From Pseudomonadota bacterium (GTDB lineage: Bacteria > UBA10199 > 2-02-FULL-44-16 > DYJF01): a stretch of DNA of 64,000 bases. A program made the position numbers and the translations under genes. The stretch spans positions 1 to 64,000 of the forward strand of contig JBDRBB010000010.1 in the NCBI GenBank assembly GCA_043823065.1. Reading direction: 5' to 3'. Positions 20,815 to 29,883 of this stretch are shown in pieces. The number at the start of each line of letters is the position of its first letter. Position 1 is the stretch's first letter. The notes beneath the pieces were generated by a model. It ran no database searches. It had not been told where the DNA came from and was given only the letters and a program-made list of their open reading frames with translations.

Positions 20815-21618
20815 TTATACGAGCCACAAGTCATATACAAAAAGCACTACTTCTACTAAAATAAGCACAATAATGGTTAATTCTAGCCAAGCGGCACGGC
20901 GGTTGCTGACAAAATCTGCGATAAGACTTAAATTTTCCTGCATCATTCTGAGCTTGTGATCAATGGTGCGATAGCGTTCTTTTAATTCATACATATCAAC
21001 TGCTTCTAAATATAGCTTATCTAATGCCTCATCATGCCAAGTTTCTTCTGGTTTATCTAAAAGATACATCATAACCACAATGTCCTGCTTGGTGGTCATA
21101 CAAAAGCCCACAATTTGATTAACTTTTTTGTCACTGGTGCGTAACCTGCCCCTATCCCGCATATCAACAACCAGCTTGGTGCTTTGCTCCATAATTTTAT
21201 CAACTTTAAGTTCAAAATATTCCAAAGCTGTGGATTGCGCTAAAATCAGAGCCAACACTTCTAATCTTCCAAAGCTTAATTCATTTAATACTGTTTTCTC
21301 AAAAGCTACTTCTTCGTTTTGATCTCTATCTACTTCAACTAACATTTCATCTGTAGGTGCAAAATAATGTGGGCCACGATCCTGTTTAACCAAAAATTCA
21401 TTTATAGTATTAATAATCCGTTCTTGTTCTAACTTTGGCACATTAAAAAAACCCACTGAACCAAAACGATAGATAAATACATAGGATTGCTCGCCCAATT
21501 GATAGATCAACTTATTGGCAGAACGGGAAATAACTGCTTGATCAAAAAGATTGCTTACTTCCTTGAGCTTTAATAGTTCGGTTAAATGATAGGTTTGAAG
21601 ATTATAAGTACGTATCAT
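20815..21618 (-). CDS. RMD1/DUF155 family protein
   Basis: FGSVGFFN, LAQSTALEYFE, C-terminal LELTIIVLI TM. Confidence 0.8.
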   Translation of the reverse strand: MIRTYNLQTYHLTELLKLKEVSNLFDQAVISRSANKLIYQLGEQSYVFIYRFGSVGFFNVPKLEQERIINTINEFLVKQDRGPHYFAPTDEMLVEVDRDQNEEVAFEKTVLNELSFGRLEVLALILAQSTALEYFELKVDKIMEQSTKLVVDMRDRGRLRTSDKKVNQIVGFCMTTKQDIVVMMYLLDKPEETWHDEALDKLYLEAVDMYELKERYRTIDHKLRMMQENLSLIADFVSNRRAAWLELTIIVLILVEVVLFVYDLWLV

Positions 21619-21704
21619 AACTTAATTATGCTACAACCTTTTTAACCTAGCAACCAGATATTTAACCCCTTTGTTTTTATAAATTAATCAGTTATGATTT
21701 ATGG

Positions 21705-23525
21705 ATGAAAATCGGTTTAGTTGCTGCCTTAAATTTTAACCCAGAATGTCCCACCATTGGCAAGGTGCGCACACCACTTGGCAGTTTATGCTTGGCTGCT
21801 CTTTTAGAACCTGCTGGCTATGAAGTTGTAATTATTGATCCTAATCTTTGGATTAGCAAAGGTGAATTATGTGTAGCTAAAAATTTTGAAAAAAACCTGG
21901 CTAAAAAACTGGCTGCCCAAAATTGCGATGCTCTTGGTTTTACTACCTTAGCCAATACCTATCATCATACCTTAAAAATCTGCACCTATTTACGCAAAAT
22001 AAATAAGAACATTCCCCTTATTTTAGGCGGACCGCAAGCCACACATACAGCTCAAGAAACTTTAAAAAAATTTCCAGCTATTGATGTAATCGTTAGAGGT
22101 GAAGGAGATTTAATTTTTCCCCAACTTTTGTCAGCCCTTTGTGGAGAAATTCCTTTGGAAACTGTTCAAGGCATTACTTATCGCCTTCAAGATAAAATAT
22201 ACAAAACAGAAGATGCACCACTAATTGAAAATTTAGATCAGCTACCTTTGCCTGCTTATCATCTTTATCCTGTACAAGGTGATACAGCCGTACTTTTAGA
22301 TGCTGGCCGCGGCTGTCCCTATAACTGCAATTTTTGCAGCACGTGTGCTTTTTGGAAACGTCGCTTTCGTCAAAAATCAGCCAAGCGCATTGCTGATGAA
22401 ATGTTTATTTTAAAACACGCCTTTGAAGTAAAATCAGTGGATTTTACGCACGACCTATTTACCTTAGAAAGAGATAAGGTTTTTGAATTGTGCCGCATTT
22501 TAAAACGTAAAAAGCTGGGCCTTCCTTGGACCTGTTCAACTCGTTTAGACACAGTTGACACTAGAATGTTAAAAGCCATGAAAGCTGCTGGCTGTACGCA
22601 TATTTTTTATGGCATTGAAAGCGGCTCCAGCAGAATGCAAAAAATCATTGGCAAAAACATTAATTTAACCAAGGCCAAACAAAATATCCAAAAGACCATT
22701 ATTGCTGGAATTAAAACTACGATTTCATTTATAATTGGTTTTCCACAAGAAAAAACAGAAGACCTTAGACAAACCATTGATCTGGTTATTAATTTTTTAA
22801 GTTTATCTGAGCTGGTAGATAACGTACAAATTCACCTTTTGGCTGTAACCAATTCCACCAGGCTTTGGGATGAATATCACAATCAGTTGATCTACGATGG
22901 CATCCAAAGTGATCAAGTAGGCGGTGGCTTAATCAAAAAGAAAAATGCCTTTATCCAAAAAAATCCAGGACTTTTTCCAGGACATTATTATGTAAAAACT
23001 CCTCACATCGATCGCCAACTTTTTATTGATTTATATTTATTTGGTTTTGTTGTTAATAACATTATTCGCTCCTCTACTTTGCTTGCCTGCAAGCATTTAG
23101 GAAGTGGTTTTGAATTAGTACAAAGGTGGCATAAGTGGCGCAAGCAATATAAAGGATCTATCATTAAAGAAAAAGCTGGAGACCTAAAACTTCCCAATGC
23201 TGCTACTCGTCAATTTCTGGAGCGCATGTTTTCTTTGATAAAATATGTGCGTCATGACCCAGAAAATCTGGGTTGGAAAAATGAATATTTAAAAACTATT
23301 TATGAGCATGAAACAACTTTGTTTAACTATCGCATGCTCTTGTTAAATCCAGCCAAACGAATTCATTTTCAGCCTGGAAATGTAATTATTAGCAAAACCT
23401 ATAATTATGATCTGCAAAAAATTATGGAAGGAAAAAAAACCAGGCAAAAAAAAACCAGAATACAGTATATTTATCAAGGCTGGAGATCTTCTGGCCCAGT
23501 TATAATTTTTAGAAAAACCTCTTGA
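21705..23525 (+). CDS. B12-binding radical SAM protein
   Basis: PLGSLCLAA, LGGPQAT, RGEGD, RGCPYNCNFC, GIESGS. Confidence 0.88.
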   Translation: MKIGLVAALNFNPECPTIGKVRTPLGSLCLAALLEPAGYEVVIIDPNLWISKGELCVAKNFEKNLAKKLAAQNCDALGFTTLANTYHHTLKICTYLRKINKNIPLILGGPQATHTAQETLKKFPAIDVIVRGEGDLIFPQLLSALCGEIPLETVQGITYRLQDKIYKTEDAPLIENLDQLPLPAYHLYPVQGDTAVLLDAGRGCPYNCNFCSTCAFWKRRFRQKSAKRIADEMFILKHAFEVKSVDFTHDLFTLERDKVFELCRILKRKKLGLPWTCSTRLDTVDTRMLKAMKAAGCTHIFYGIESGSSRMQKIIGKNINLTKAKQNIQKTIIAGIKTTISFIIGFPQEKTEDLRQTIDLVINFLSLSELVDNVQIHLLAVTNSTRLWDEYHNQLIYDGIQSDQVGGGLIKKKNAFIQKNPGLFPGHYYVKTPHIDRQLFIDLYLFGFVVNNIIRSSTLLACKHLGSGFELVQRWHKWRKQYKGSIIKEKAGDLKLPNAATRQFLERMFSLIKYVRHDPENLGWKNEYLKTIYEHETTLFNYRMLLLNPAKRIHFQPGNVIISKTYNYDLQKIMEGKKTRQKKTRIQYIYQGWRSSGPVIIFRKTS

Positions 23526-23560
23526 TCTAGTGTTTTTAAAAGTGTAGGCCAAATCAAGTT

Positions 23561-23794
23561 ATGGTAAATAAACTGAAAAAACATTGCATTGAAGCTGTGG
23601 AGGAAGATCCTTTAATTAAGGCTTTGTCTGATGCCAAAGGCAAGTGTATTGAGGTCATGGCCTTTGGCACGCTCTATACTGGCACGCTAATTGGGCTAGA
23701 TTTAGATAACGGCACTATTTCTCTAACCAGCGAAGATGATAAAGTTATTTTGGAAATTGAACGCATTGAATCTTTTTGTTTAATCAAATCGTGA
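23561..23794 (+). CDS. Small hypothetical protein, possible Sm/Hfq-like fold
   Basis: YTGTLIGLD...VILEIERIES pattern. Confidence 0.5.
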   Translation: MVNKLKKHCIEAVEEDPLIKALSDAKGKCIEVMAFGTLYTGTLIGLDLDNGTISLTSEDDKVILEIERIESFCLIKS

Positions 23795-24156
23795 AAAAAA
23801 CAATCATTATTATTTTTGTTTTAATTTTATCAGCATTTAGTTCTTTTGCTGTTGCTCAGCAGCAGCAACAATTTAAAATTTCTATTTTAGCTACTAGAAA
23901 TTTTTCTGACCTGGATTTTCTGCAAAAAAATCTTAACAAATCTGATTTGGTTTCCAATGTGGTTATTTCTTTAGCCAGCCCTGGTTTAACAGAACTCAAA
24001 GGAACCTATCGCAGTTCAAGTAAATATTTAATTGAGGAAATAACCGCCCTGGCTCAGCATAGATTTCAAGTAGAAATTACCAATACTGATCCAAAGAATT
24101 TACTGATAACTTTAAAGAAGATTACTGCTATTGAGAGTTCTGCTTTAGCTGAATAG
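23791..24156 (+). CDS. Hypothetical secreted protein
   Basis: Probable GTG start overlapping upstream stop; signal peptide ending AVA-Q. Confidence 0.55.
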   Translation: MKKTIIIIFVLILSAFSSFAVAQQQQQFKISILATRNFSDLDFLQKNLNKSDLVSNVVISLASPGLTELKGTYRSSSKYLIEEITALAQHRFQVEITNTDPKNLLITLKKITAIESSALAE

Positions 24157-24637
24157 TAAATATTTTTCTGATTTGTTCTAATTCCTGAGAAAATGGTTTG
24201 TCTTTAAAATCCGGATAGGTCCAGGGCAGAGGTTGCCAACCTTTATTATAATACAGCGTAAAATCCAGATATATTTTTTCTGCTGCCAAAAGCCTGTGTC
24301 CACCTTCTTTGGTGGAAGCTAAAACAACTTTATTATGATCTAAATATCCAGGATCAATATTTACCTGGCGTTTTCCATTTTGGCCAAGCTCTTGTTCCAA
24401 TTTATTTGCCTGCACCTTGATCTCTGGAAGCGTTGTGGGCTGAATCAATTTTTCAAAACTCACTAAATTGCGGCTAAGATTTTCACCCATTTCCTCATTA
24501 TAATACTTACTGTGTGTAAATGGATGGTTTTCGCCCTTAAAATCAGCTGGACCATAAATAGCTTCTAATTTCTTTATAGCCTGCTGCCGCACATCTTCAT
24601 TATTAGTTAATATAGCTACAATCAATTTTACCTGCAT
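24128..24637 (-). CDS. DUF4416 family protein
   Basis: YYNEEMG, RQVNIDPGY, LASTK, PWTYPD. Confidence 0.85.
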   Translation of the reverse strand: MQVKLIVAILTNNEDVRQQAIKKLEAIYGPADFKGENHPFTHSKYYNEEMGENLSRNLVSFEKLIQPTTLPEIKVQANKLEQELGQNGKRQVNIDPGYLDHNKVVLASTKEGGHRLLAAEKIYLDFTLYYNKGWQPLPWTYPDFKDKPFSQELEQIRKIFTIQLKQNSQ

Positions 24638-24663
24638 ATCAACTTCTTCCCATTATGTTTTAG

Positions 24664-24811
24664 TGAGCAGCACTTGGCTTTGTTGCTTCGCTAAATCCAA
24701 AATTTCTTCATGCGCCAGAAATTTTGGAAGCGTTCTTCACTCGCCATGTCATATAGGCTGCTGTGATGGCTCGTTCGCACGCCGCTCAACAACAAAGCCA
24801 AGTGCTGCTCA
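24664..24811 (-). repeat. Structured intergenic element family B, copy 1
   Basis: 22-bp perfect closing stem; ~105-nt core nearly identical to 28253 and 52494. Confidence 0.9.
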
Positions 24812-24924
24812 ATCAAATATAACTGTCGAGAGCTACTATCACAATATTCCTAATATCATCTTTATAATTGGTTAATGGTTACTCTAATTGACCACTATTT
24901 GGCAATAAGTTACTCTTAGCTTAT

Positions 24925-26085
24925 ATGAATAATCTGGTGGGACTCTTAAAATGTTCTGAATATAAATTGGATCTGATATTGGAAAAGTTTCAAAAACTTC
25001 TGGAACTAATCCAATTTGACACAAATGGGGTGCGCGGCAAAACTGTTCTACTTAAGCCTAATATGCTGGGCGCCTATCCCCCTGAAATGGGTATTACTAC
25101 TAATCCAATCTTTGTGGAAGCAGCCATAGTTTTATTTAAGGAGTTAGGTGCCAAGCTTTGGCTGGGTGACAGCCCAAACGGCATCTTTCCCATTGAAGAA
25201 GTATGGGAAAAAACAGGCATGCACGCTTTGTGCAAAAAATATCAGGTAGAAGAAAAACCATTTGAACGCAGCGGAAGTATTAACAGGCAAGGTATTCAAA
25301 TTGCCAAACCTGTTTTAGATGCAGAAATTTTGGTTAGCTTGCCCAAGTTAAAAACTCACGGTTTAACTATTCTGACAGTTGCTACCAAAAATCTATATGG
25401 CTGTGTGCCAGGATTGGTTAAAACAACTTATCATAAAAAATTCTTGGATCACTTTAGTTTTTCCAGACATTTAGTAAAAATCGCTCAACTGGCCAAGCCC
25501 AGCCTACATCTGGTTGATGCTATAGTTGGTATGCAAGGCAATGGCCCTTCTGCTGGTGATTTAATTAAACTAAATGTAATTTTAGCTGGCCAAGATCACC
25601 ACTTAATTGATGAAGCATGTTGCCAGTTAGTTGGTCTTAATCCAGAACATTTAGATACCTTAATTGCAGCTAGGAACTTTAAGCTCTGGAAGACAAGTAA
25701 TTCGCTCAAAATTGTTGGTGATAATTTGGAAGATTGTAAGCCTAAATCATTTATTTTACCTAAAACTTATACCAAAGGCTGGCGCGATTTATGGATCTCA
25801 AAATTTGTTATTGAGCAGATTATGTGTAAGGTTTCTATTAAACCCAAAATTATAAAAGATGTTTGTGTACATTGTGGGTTATGCGTGAAATCTTGCCCTG
25901 TGCAAGCTATCACTCAGAAAGATGAAAACTCTGTGCCTAAAATTAGCAACAAAAAATGTATTGAATGCTATTGCTGCCATGAAATCTGCCCCAGTAAAGC
26001 AATTGATTTAAATGAAAGTTTTTTTATTAAACTCTGGAGATATTTTAGCGAACACAGAATTAAAAAATTGACGGAGGAAAAATGA
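24925..26085 (+). CDS. DUF362 protein with C-terminal 2x[4Fe-4S] ferredoxin domain
   Basis: VLLKPN, PKLKTH, KNLYG, GMQGNGP, two CxxCxxCxxxCP. Confidence 0.88.
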   Translation: MNNLVGLLKCSEYKLDLILEKFQKLLELIQFDTNGVRGKTVLLKPNMLGAYPPEMGITTNPIFVEAAIVLFKELGAKLWLGDSPNGIFPIEEVWEKTGMHALCKKYQVEEKPFERSGSINRQGIQIAKPVLDAEILVSLPKLKTHGLTILTVATKNLYGCVPGLVKTTYHKKFLDHFSFSRHLVKIAQLAKPSLHLVDAIVGMQGNGPSAGDLIKLNVILAGQDHHLIDEACCQLVGLNPEHLDTLIAARNFKLWKTSNSLKIVGDNLEDCKPKSFILPKTYTKGWRDLWISKFVIEQIMCKVSIKPKIIKDVCVHCGLCVKSCPVQAITQKDENSVPKISNKKCIECYCCHEICPSKAIDLNESFFIKLWRYFSEHRIKKLTEEK

Positions 26086-26534
26086 AACAACTAGTCGGAG
26101 TTATTGGAGCAGCTGATGCTTCAGTAGAGCAAATAAAAATTGCAGAAGAAGTAGGAAAACTTATTGCGAAAAATGGTTGGGTTCTTATTAATGGTGGATT
26201 AGAAGGTGTAATGGAAGCATCAGCTAAAGGAGCTAACCAAGCTGGGGGCATAGTAGTTGGTATTTTACCTACACCTCAGACTAATAGCGCTAATCCTTAT
26301 GTAACAATTCCCATTGCCACTAACCTGGGTCATGCTAGAAATGTAATTATTGCCCATACTGCTGATGCGTTAATTGCTATTGGCGGTAAGGAAGGCACTC
26401 TTTCGGAAATTGCCATTGCCCGTAAACTTGGCAAACCAGTATTTGGTATCAATAGTTGGGAAGTTGCTGGTGTAAAATCTGTAGCAAGCGCTCAAGAGGC
26501 AATACAGCAATGCGAGCAAATATTTAGCTTATAA
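26082..26534 (+). CDS. TIGR00725 / LOG-like Rossmann-fold protein
   Basis: GGLEGVMEA, ARNVII, GGKEGTLSEIA. Confidence 0.85.
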   Translation: MKQLVGVIGAADASVEQIKIAEEVGKLIAKNGWVLINGGLEGVMEASAKGANQAGGIVVGILPTPQTNSANPYVTIPIATNLGHARNVIIAHTADALIAIGGKEGTLSEIAIARKLGKPVFGINSWEVAGVKSVASAQEAIQQCEQIFSL

Positions 26535-26557
26535 ATGCTAAGAAATATTGTTCTATG

Positions 26558-26693
26558 AAATCCTAATATCTAAATCCTAAATTCTAAACAAATCCAAAAT
26601 CCTAATGTTCAAATGACCAAAACCCTTGTTTTGAACATTAAAATTTTGGTAATTTGAATTTGTTTAGGATTTCGATATTAGAATTTAGAATTT
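26558..26693. repeat. Inverted arrays of degenerate heptamers (AAATCCT / AGRATTT)
   Basis: Left arm aaatcct aatatct aaatcct aaattct; right arm aggattt cgatatt agaattt agaattt. Confidence 0.75.
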
Positions 26694-26706
26694 GAAAAGT
26701 TAAGTT

Positions 26707-27294
26707 ATGCTAAAAGATAAATTATATGAACAATATGCAGATTTGATTCTAAAGTGGCGCGAGAGCGCTGATTTGACTGCAGCAGACACAAGACAAGAGC
26801 TGATTGAAAAACACTTTTTAGATGCCAAAGCTGTGGTGCCCTTTTTAGGCAAGATTAAATCCTTAATTGATTTAGGTACAGGTGCTGGTCTACCTGGACT
26901 TCCTATAAAACTGGAAAAGCCGCATCTACGAGTTGTGCTCTTAGATAGTCGTCGTAAAAAAATCAATTTTCTGGAACAAGTAATTCACGAACTTAATCTC
27001 ACTAAAATCGAAGCAATTCAGGGAAGAGCTGAAGATCCAAAATTAATCAAAAAACTAGGGAAATTTGATGCTGCAATTTGCCGAGCTACCTGGTCTTTAA
27101 ACGTGCTCTTAACTAATGCCAGCAATTTTCTTGGCCCAGGAGGAAGATGCCTGGCCATGAAAGGACCAAATTGGGAGCGCGAATTAATTGAAGCCAGATC
27201 AATTATCGATGAACACGGTTTTCAGCTAACCCAAACCCATCAATACAATCTCCCTGGCGGTGAAAAGCGCTCCCTACTTATTTTTCAAAATTAG
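26707..27294 (+). CDS. rsmG: 16S rRNA m7G527 methyltransferase
   Basis: HFLD, DLGTGAGLPG, LLDSRRKK, GRAE, MKGP. Confidence 0.92.
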   Translation: MLKDKLYEQYADLILKWRESADLTAADTRQELIEKHFLDAKAVVPFLGKIKSLIDLGTGAGLPGLPIKLEKPHLRVVLLDSRRKKINFLEQVIHELNLTKIEAIQGRAEDPKLIKKLGKFDAAICRATWSLNVLLTNASNFLGPGGRCLAMKGPNWERELIEARSIIDEHGFQLTQTHQYNLPGGEKRSLLIFQN

Positions 27295-27295
27295 C

Positions 27296-27514
27296 TAAAA
27301 TTCCCGCAGGGGACAAGGCCTTTGAAGCTTTTTTAGGCGCGAGCTTACGAAATAAGGGCGTATGAAGAGTTAAAATAGTGACTGTTTTTGCGAGTTAAAG
27401 TCTGACAGCGGCAAGACATTTAACTCGCGCTTTTAAAAACAGCGCTATTTTAACGATGAATAGCCCGGTTTCGTGCGCCTGCTTCAAAGGCCTTGTCCCC
27501 GAGAGGGAATTTTA
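27296..27514 (+). repeat. Long imperfect hairpin between convergent genes
   Basis: ggggacaaggcctttgaagc/gcttcaaaggccttgtcccc and further nested arms; CGCAG/CGAGAG loop at base. Confidence 0.8.
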
Positions 27515-27522
27515 AATTTGGT

Positions 27523-28236
27523 TTAGCAAAGTTGAAGTTTATCTAAATCTTGTTTGGCTTGTTCATATCTTTGGGGCGTGCCAACATCGTTGAAATATCC
27601 ATCATAAATATGAGCAGCAACTTTGGTCTGGTCTTGAAGAAGTTTTTGGTAACCATCCTTAATCAAACAAGAATGCTGACCTGCTGGCGGGAGTTTTTCT
27701 AATAACTTGGGACCAGCTATTTGCACCCCTGTATAAAAATATTCGCCTACATTATTTATCTTTTTTATCAAACCATCTGAACCAACATCAACTTTGCCAT
27801 AATCATCATCAGCTCCAAGTTTTTTTACAACCATGGTTGCTTCAGCTTGTTGCTTGAAATGAGTTTGTATAACTGCGTCTAAATCCAAATTCAGCAAAGA
27901 ATCTGCATTAAGCGTGATAAAATATTCTCCCTCAAAAAAATCTGCCACATTTTTTATGCCACCACCAGTTCCTAAAATCTTTGGCTCTCTGGAATATTTA
28001 ACCCTTAAACCAAACTGGCTTCCATCGCCTACATATTCTTCAATTAGATTACCCAAATGATGCACATTAATAATAACCTCTGTAATTTGATATTTAGCTA
28101 AAAGTTTTAAGGGAATATCAATGAGACGGTGATTGTTTAAAGGCAAAATCGGCTTGGGAGTAATATAGGTTAAGGGCCTAAGCCTGGTACCTAAGCCAGC
28201 CGCCAAAATCATTGCTTTGGTAATTTTTTTTATCAT
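27523..28236 (-). CDS. murU: NDP-sugar synthase, MurU-like
   Basis: AMILAAGLGTRLRPLT..PKP, LGTGGG, DVGTP; adjacent to amgK-like gene; start trimmed to MIKK. Confidence 0.75.
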   Translation of the reverse strand: MIKKITKAMILAAGLGTRLRPLTYITPKPILPLNNHRLIDIPLKLLAKYQITEVIINVHHLGNLIEEYVGDGSQFGLRVKYSREPKILGTGGGIKNVADFFEGEYFITLNADSLLNLDLDAVIQTHFKQQAEATMVVKKLGADDDYGKVDVGSDGLIKKINNVGEYFYTGVQIAGPKLLEKLPPAGQHSCLIKDGYQKLLQDQTKVAAHIYDGYFNDVGTPQRYEQAKQDLDKLQLC

Positions 28237-28252
28237 ACCTCTAAAACTATTA

Positions 28253-28386
28253 CGATTCAAAGCATTGCTTCGCTAAATCCAAAATTTCTTCATGCGCCAG
28301 AAATTTTGGAAGCGTTCTTCGCTCGCCATGTTATATAGGCTGCTGTGATGGCTCGCTCGCACGCCGCTCATCAATGCTTTGAATCG
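28253..28386 (-). repeat. Structured intergenic element family B, copy 2
   Basis: 15-bp closing stem cgattcaaagcattg/caatgctttgaatcg around shared core. Confidence 0.9.
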
Positions 28387-28389
28387 CCT

Positions 28390-29415
28390 CTATTTAAATT
28401 CTGGAACATATTTTTCCAAAATGTGATACAGCTCTTTATATTCTGGCAATCTTTCCAGCGCCTCTCTAACATAGGCCAAGGATAAAGGAATAAACTTCAA
28501 ATATTTTGGATTATTTTTCACCTGATCTATATAAACAAACCGACCAGCATCCTTTAATTTTCGTTGGCAAGTTACTAAATCAAATTCTTTTTGTAAGAGA
28601 TTAAAATCAACTCCTTGTTTTTTGGCATAATATTTTAATAAATCTTCTACTAGCTCAGTAGACAATTCAACATATGAATCTCGAAGCAGAGCAACTAAAT
28701 CATAAACCCTGGGGCCCAAGAGAGCATCTTGAAAATCAATTAAATAAAGCTCGTTTTCCTTGACCATGATATTTGTGCTTTGAAAATCTCGGTGGGTAAA
28801 GCCATAAGGTAAATTTGCAATCTCTTCGGTTATCTGATGCATCTGCTCGACCAAAATATTTTTATCTGAATCAGAAATTTTTTTATTTAATCTACATTCA
28901 ATTCCATATTCTAAAAAATGGTCAAACTCCCAGTTGAGAAGATAAGCATCAAATGAACGCTGAAAAGCTATGCATCCCACTTGATCGGGCTTGGCTGTTT
29001 TGGTTTGTAATTCTACCAAAAGATCAATAGCTTTTTGATACCAAATTTTTTGCTGGTCTTGATCAGTATTTTCTACTTTCCTGGCTAAAAGGTCATCTCC
29101 TAAATCTTCTAAAATAATCAAATTATTTTTTTTGCTATAAACAAAAGCTTGGGGCACTTTAATACCAATGTTTTTTAAATAATAATTAATATTGAGAAAA
29201 GGAAGTTCTTTGGGTTTATCTTTAAGATTAGTAATTTCTTCTGAAACCGAAGCAGCGCCTTTAGGCAGTTGCATAATAATAAAAGTTTTACCACCCGCTA
29301 AATGCAGACGGTAAAAGGTGCGATTAGAAGCTTCTCCATAAAGCTTAGTTAGGTTTTCTATTTTATCAGCTAGCTCTAGTTCTTGCTGCAGTAAATTTTG
29401 CAAGATATCCAACAT
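28390..29415 (-). CDS. amgK: Anomeric MurNAc/GlcNAc kinase-like phosphotransferase
   Basis: GEASNRTFYR, LEDLGD, HRDFQSTN, IDFQDALLGP, QRKLKDAGRF; start trimmed to MLDIL (SD GGAG). Confidence 0.8.
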   Translation of the reverse strand: MLDILQNLLQQELELADKIENLTKLYGEASNRTFYRLHLAGGKTFIIMQLPKGAASVSEEITNLKDKPKELPFLNINYYLKNIGIKVPQAFVYSKKNNLIILEDLGDDLLARKVENTDQDQQKIWYQKAIDLLVELQTKTAKPDQVGCIAFQRSFDAYLLNWEFDHFLEYGIECRLNKKISDSDKNILVEQMHQITEEIANLPYGFTHRDFQSTNIMVKENELYLIDFQDALLGPRVYDLVALLRDSYVELSTELVEDLLKYYAKKQGVDFNLLQKEFDLVTCQRKLKDAGRFVYIDQVKNNPKYLKFIPLSLAYVREALERLPEYKELYHILEKYVPEFK

Positions 29416-29444
29416 CTTATCTCCATTGTAATCGCGCTTATCTC

Positions 29445-29508
29445 CTTTGTCATCCCGCACTTGATGCGGGATCTAATTTGGATTCCCGCTTTCGCGGGAA
29501 TGACAAAG
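29445..29508. repeat. REP/dRS3-like palindrome (GTCATCCCGC...ATTCCCGCTTTCGCGGGAATGAC)
   Basis: Two short hairpins within TGTCAT/ATGACA termini. Confidence 0.8.
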
Positions 29509-29883
29509 TTATAGCACTTCAAAGGTTTGATCAATATTGCTTGGCTCACTATTTACCAATACTAGCAAATTATAAACCCCAGCAGTTAAATTTGCTGGTA
29601 CAGTAAAAGTGATTGATTCAAGTTCATCATTGGTAGGATTGGTTAGTAAATTATATTGGCTGGCTGATACAGCCAGGTCACCAATTATAACCACATTATT
29701 GGCAACTTCAATAGAAAAGCCAAAACCAAAAATTGTAACTTGACTGCCAGGAGCACCTTGGGCTGGATCTACGCGCAACAAGGTTGGCGGAGAACCAGTA
29801 ACCACATCAGCCGCATATGGCGTCCCACCGCCACCACAAGACATAAACAAACAACACAATATTAAATATACTTTTTTACGCAT
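29509..29883 (-). CDS. IPT/TIG-domain lipoprotein
   Basis: Lipobox FMSC; P..GAPGSQVTIFGFGF. Confidence 0.7.
   Translation of the reverse strand: MRKKVYLILCCLFMSCGGGGTPYAADVVTGSPPTLLRVDPAQGAPGSQVTIFGFGFSIEVANNVVIIGDLAVSASQYNLLTNPTNDELESITFTVPANLTAGVYNLLVLVNSEPSNIDQTFEVL

Noticed and set aside
23561..23794. Possible RiPP precursor for the upstream radical SAM enzyme
   Set aside because: Looks like a folded beta domain, with no leader/core pattern and no adjacent peptidase or transporter
24663..24875. 70-aa ORF, and the similar ORF 52382..52636, sharing FAKSKISS.ARNFGSVL
   Set aside because: The similarity comes from translating family B repeats; substitutions follow base pairing rather than codon constraints, and no SD is evident
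26558..26693. Possible CRISPR array among the repeats
   Set aside because: No regularly spaced 25-45 bp direct repeats with unique spacers and no cas genes anywhere in the window
29416..29445. Direct repeat CTTATCTCC x2 next to a REP-like element
   Set aside because: Both copies lie on the same side of the element, so it is not a target-site duplication; probably a local SD duplication
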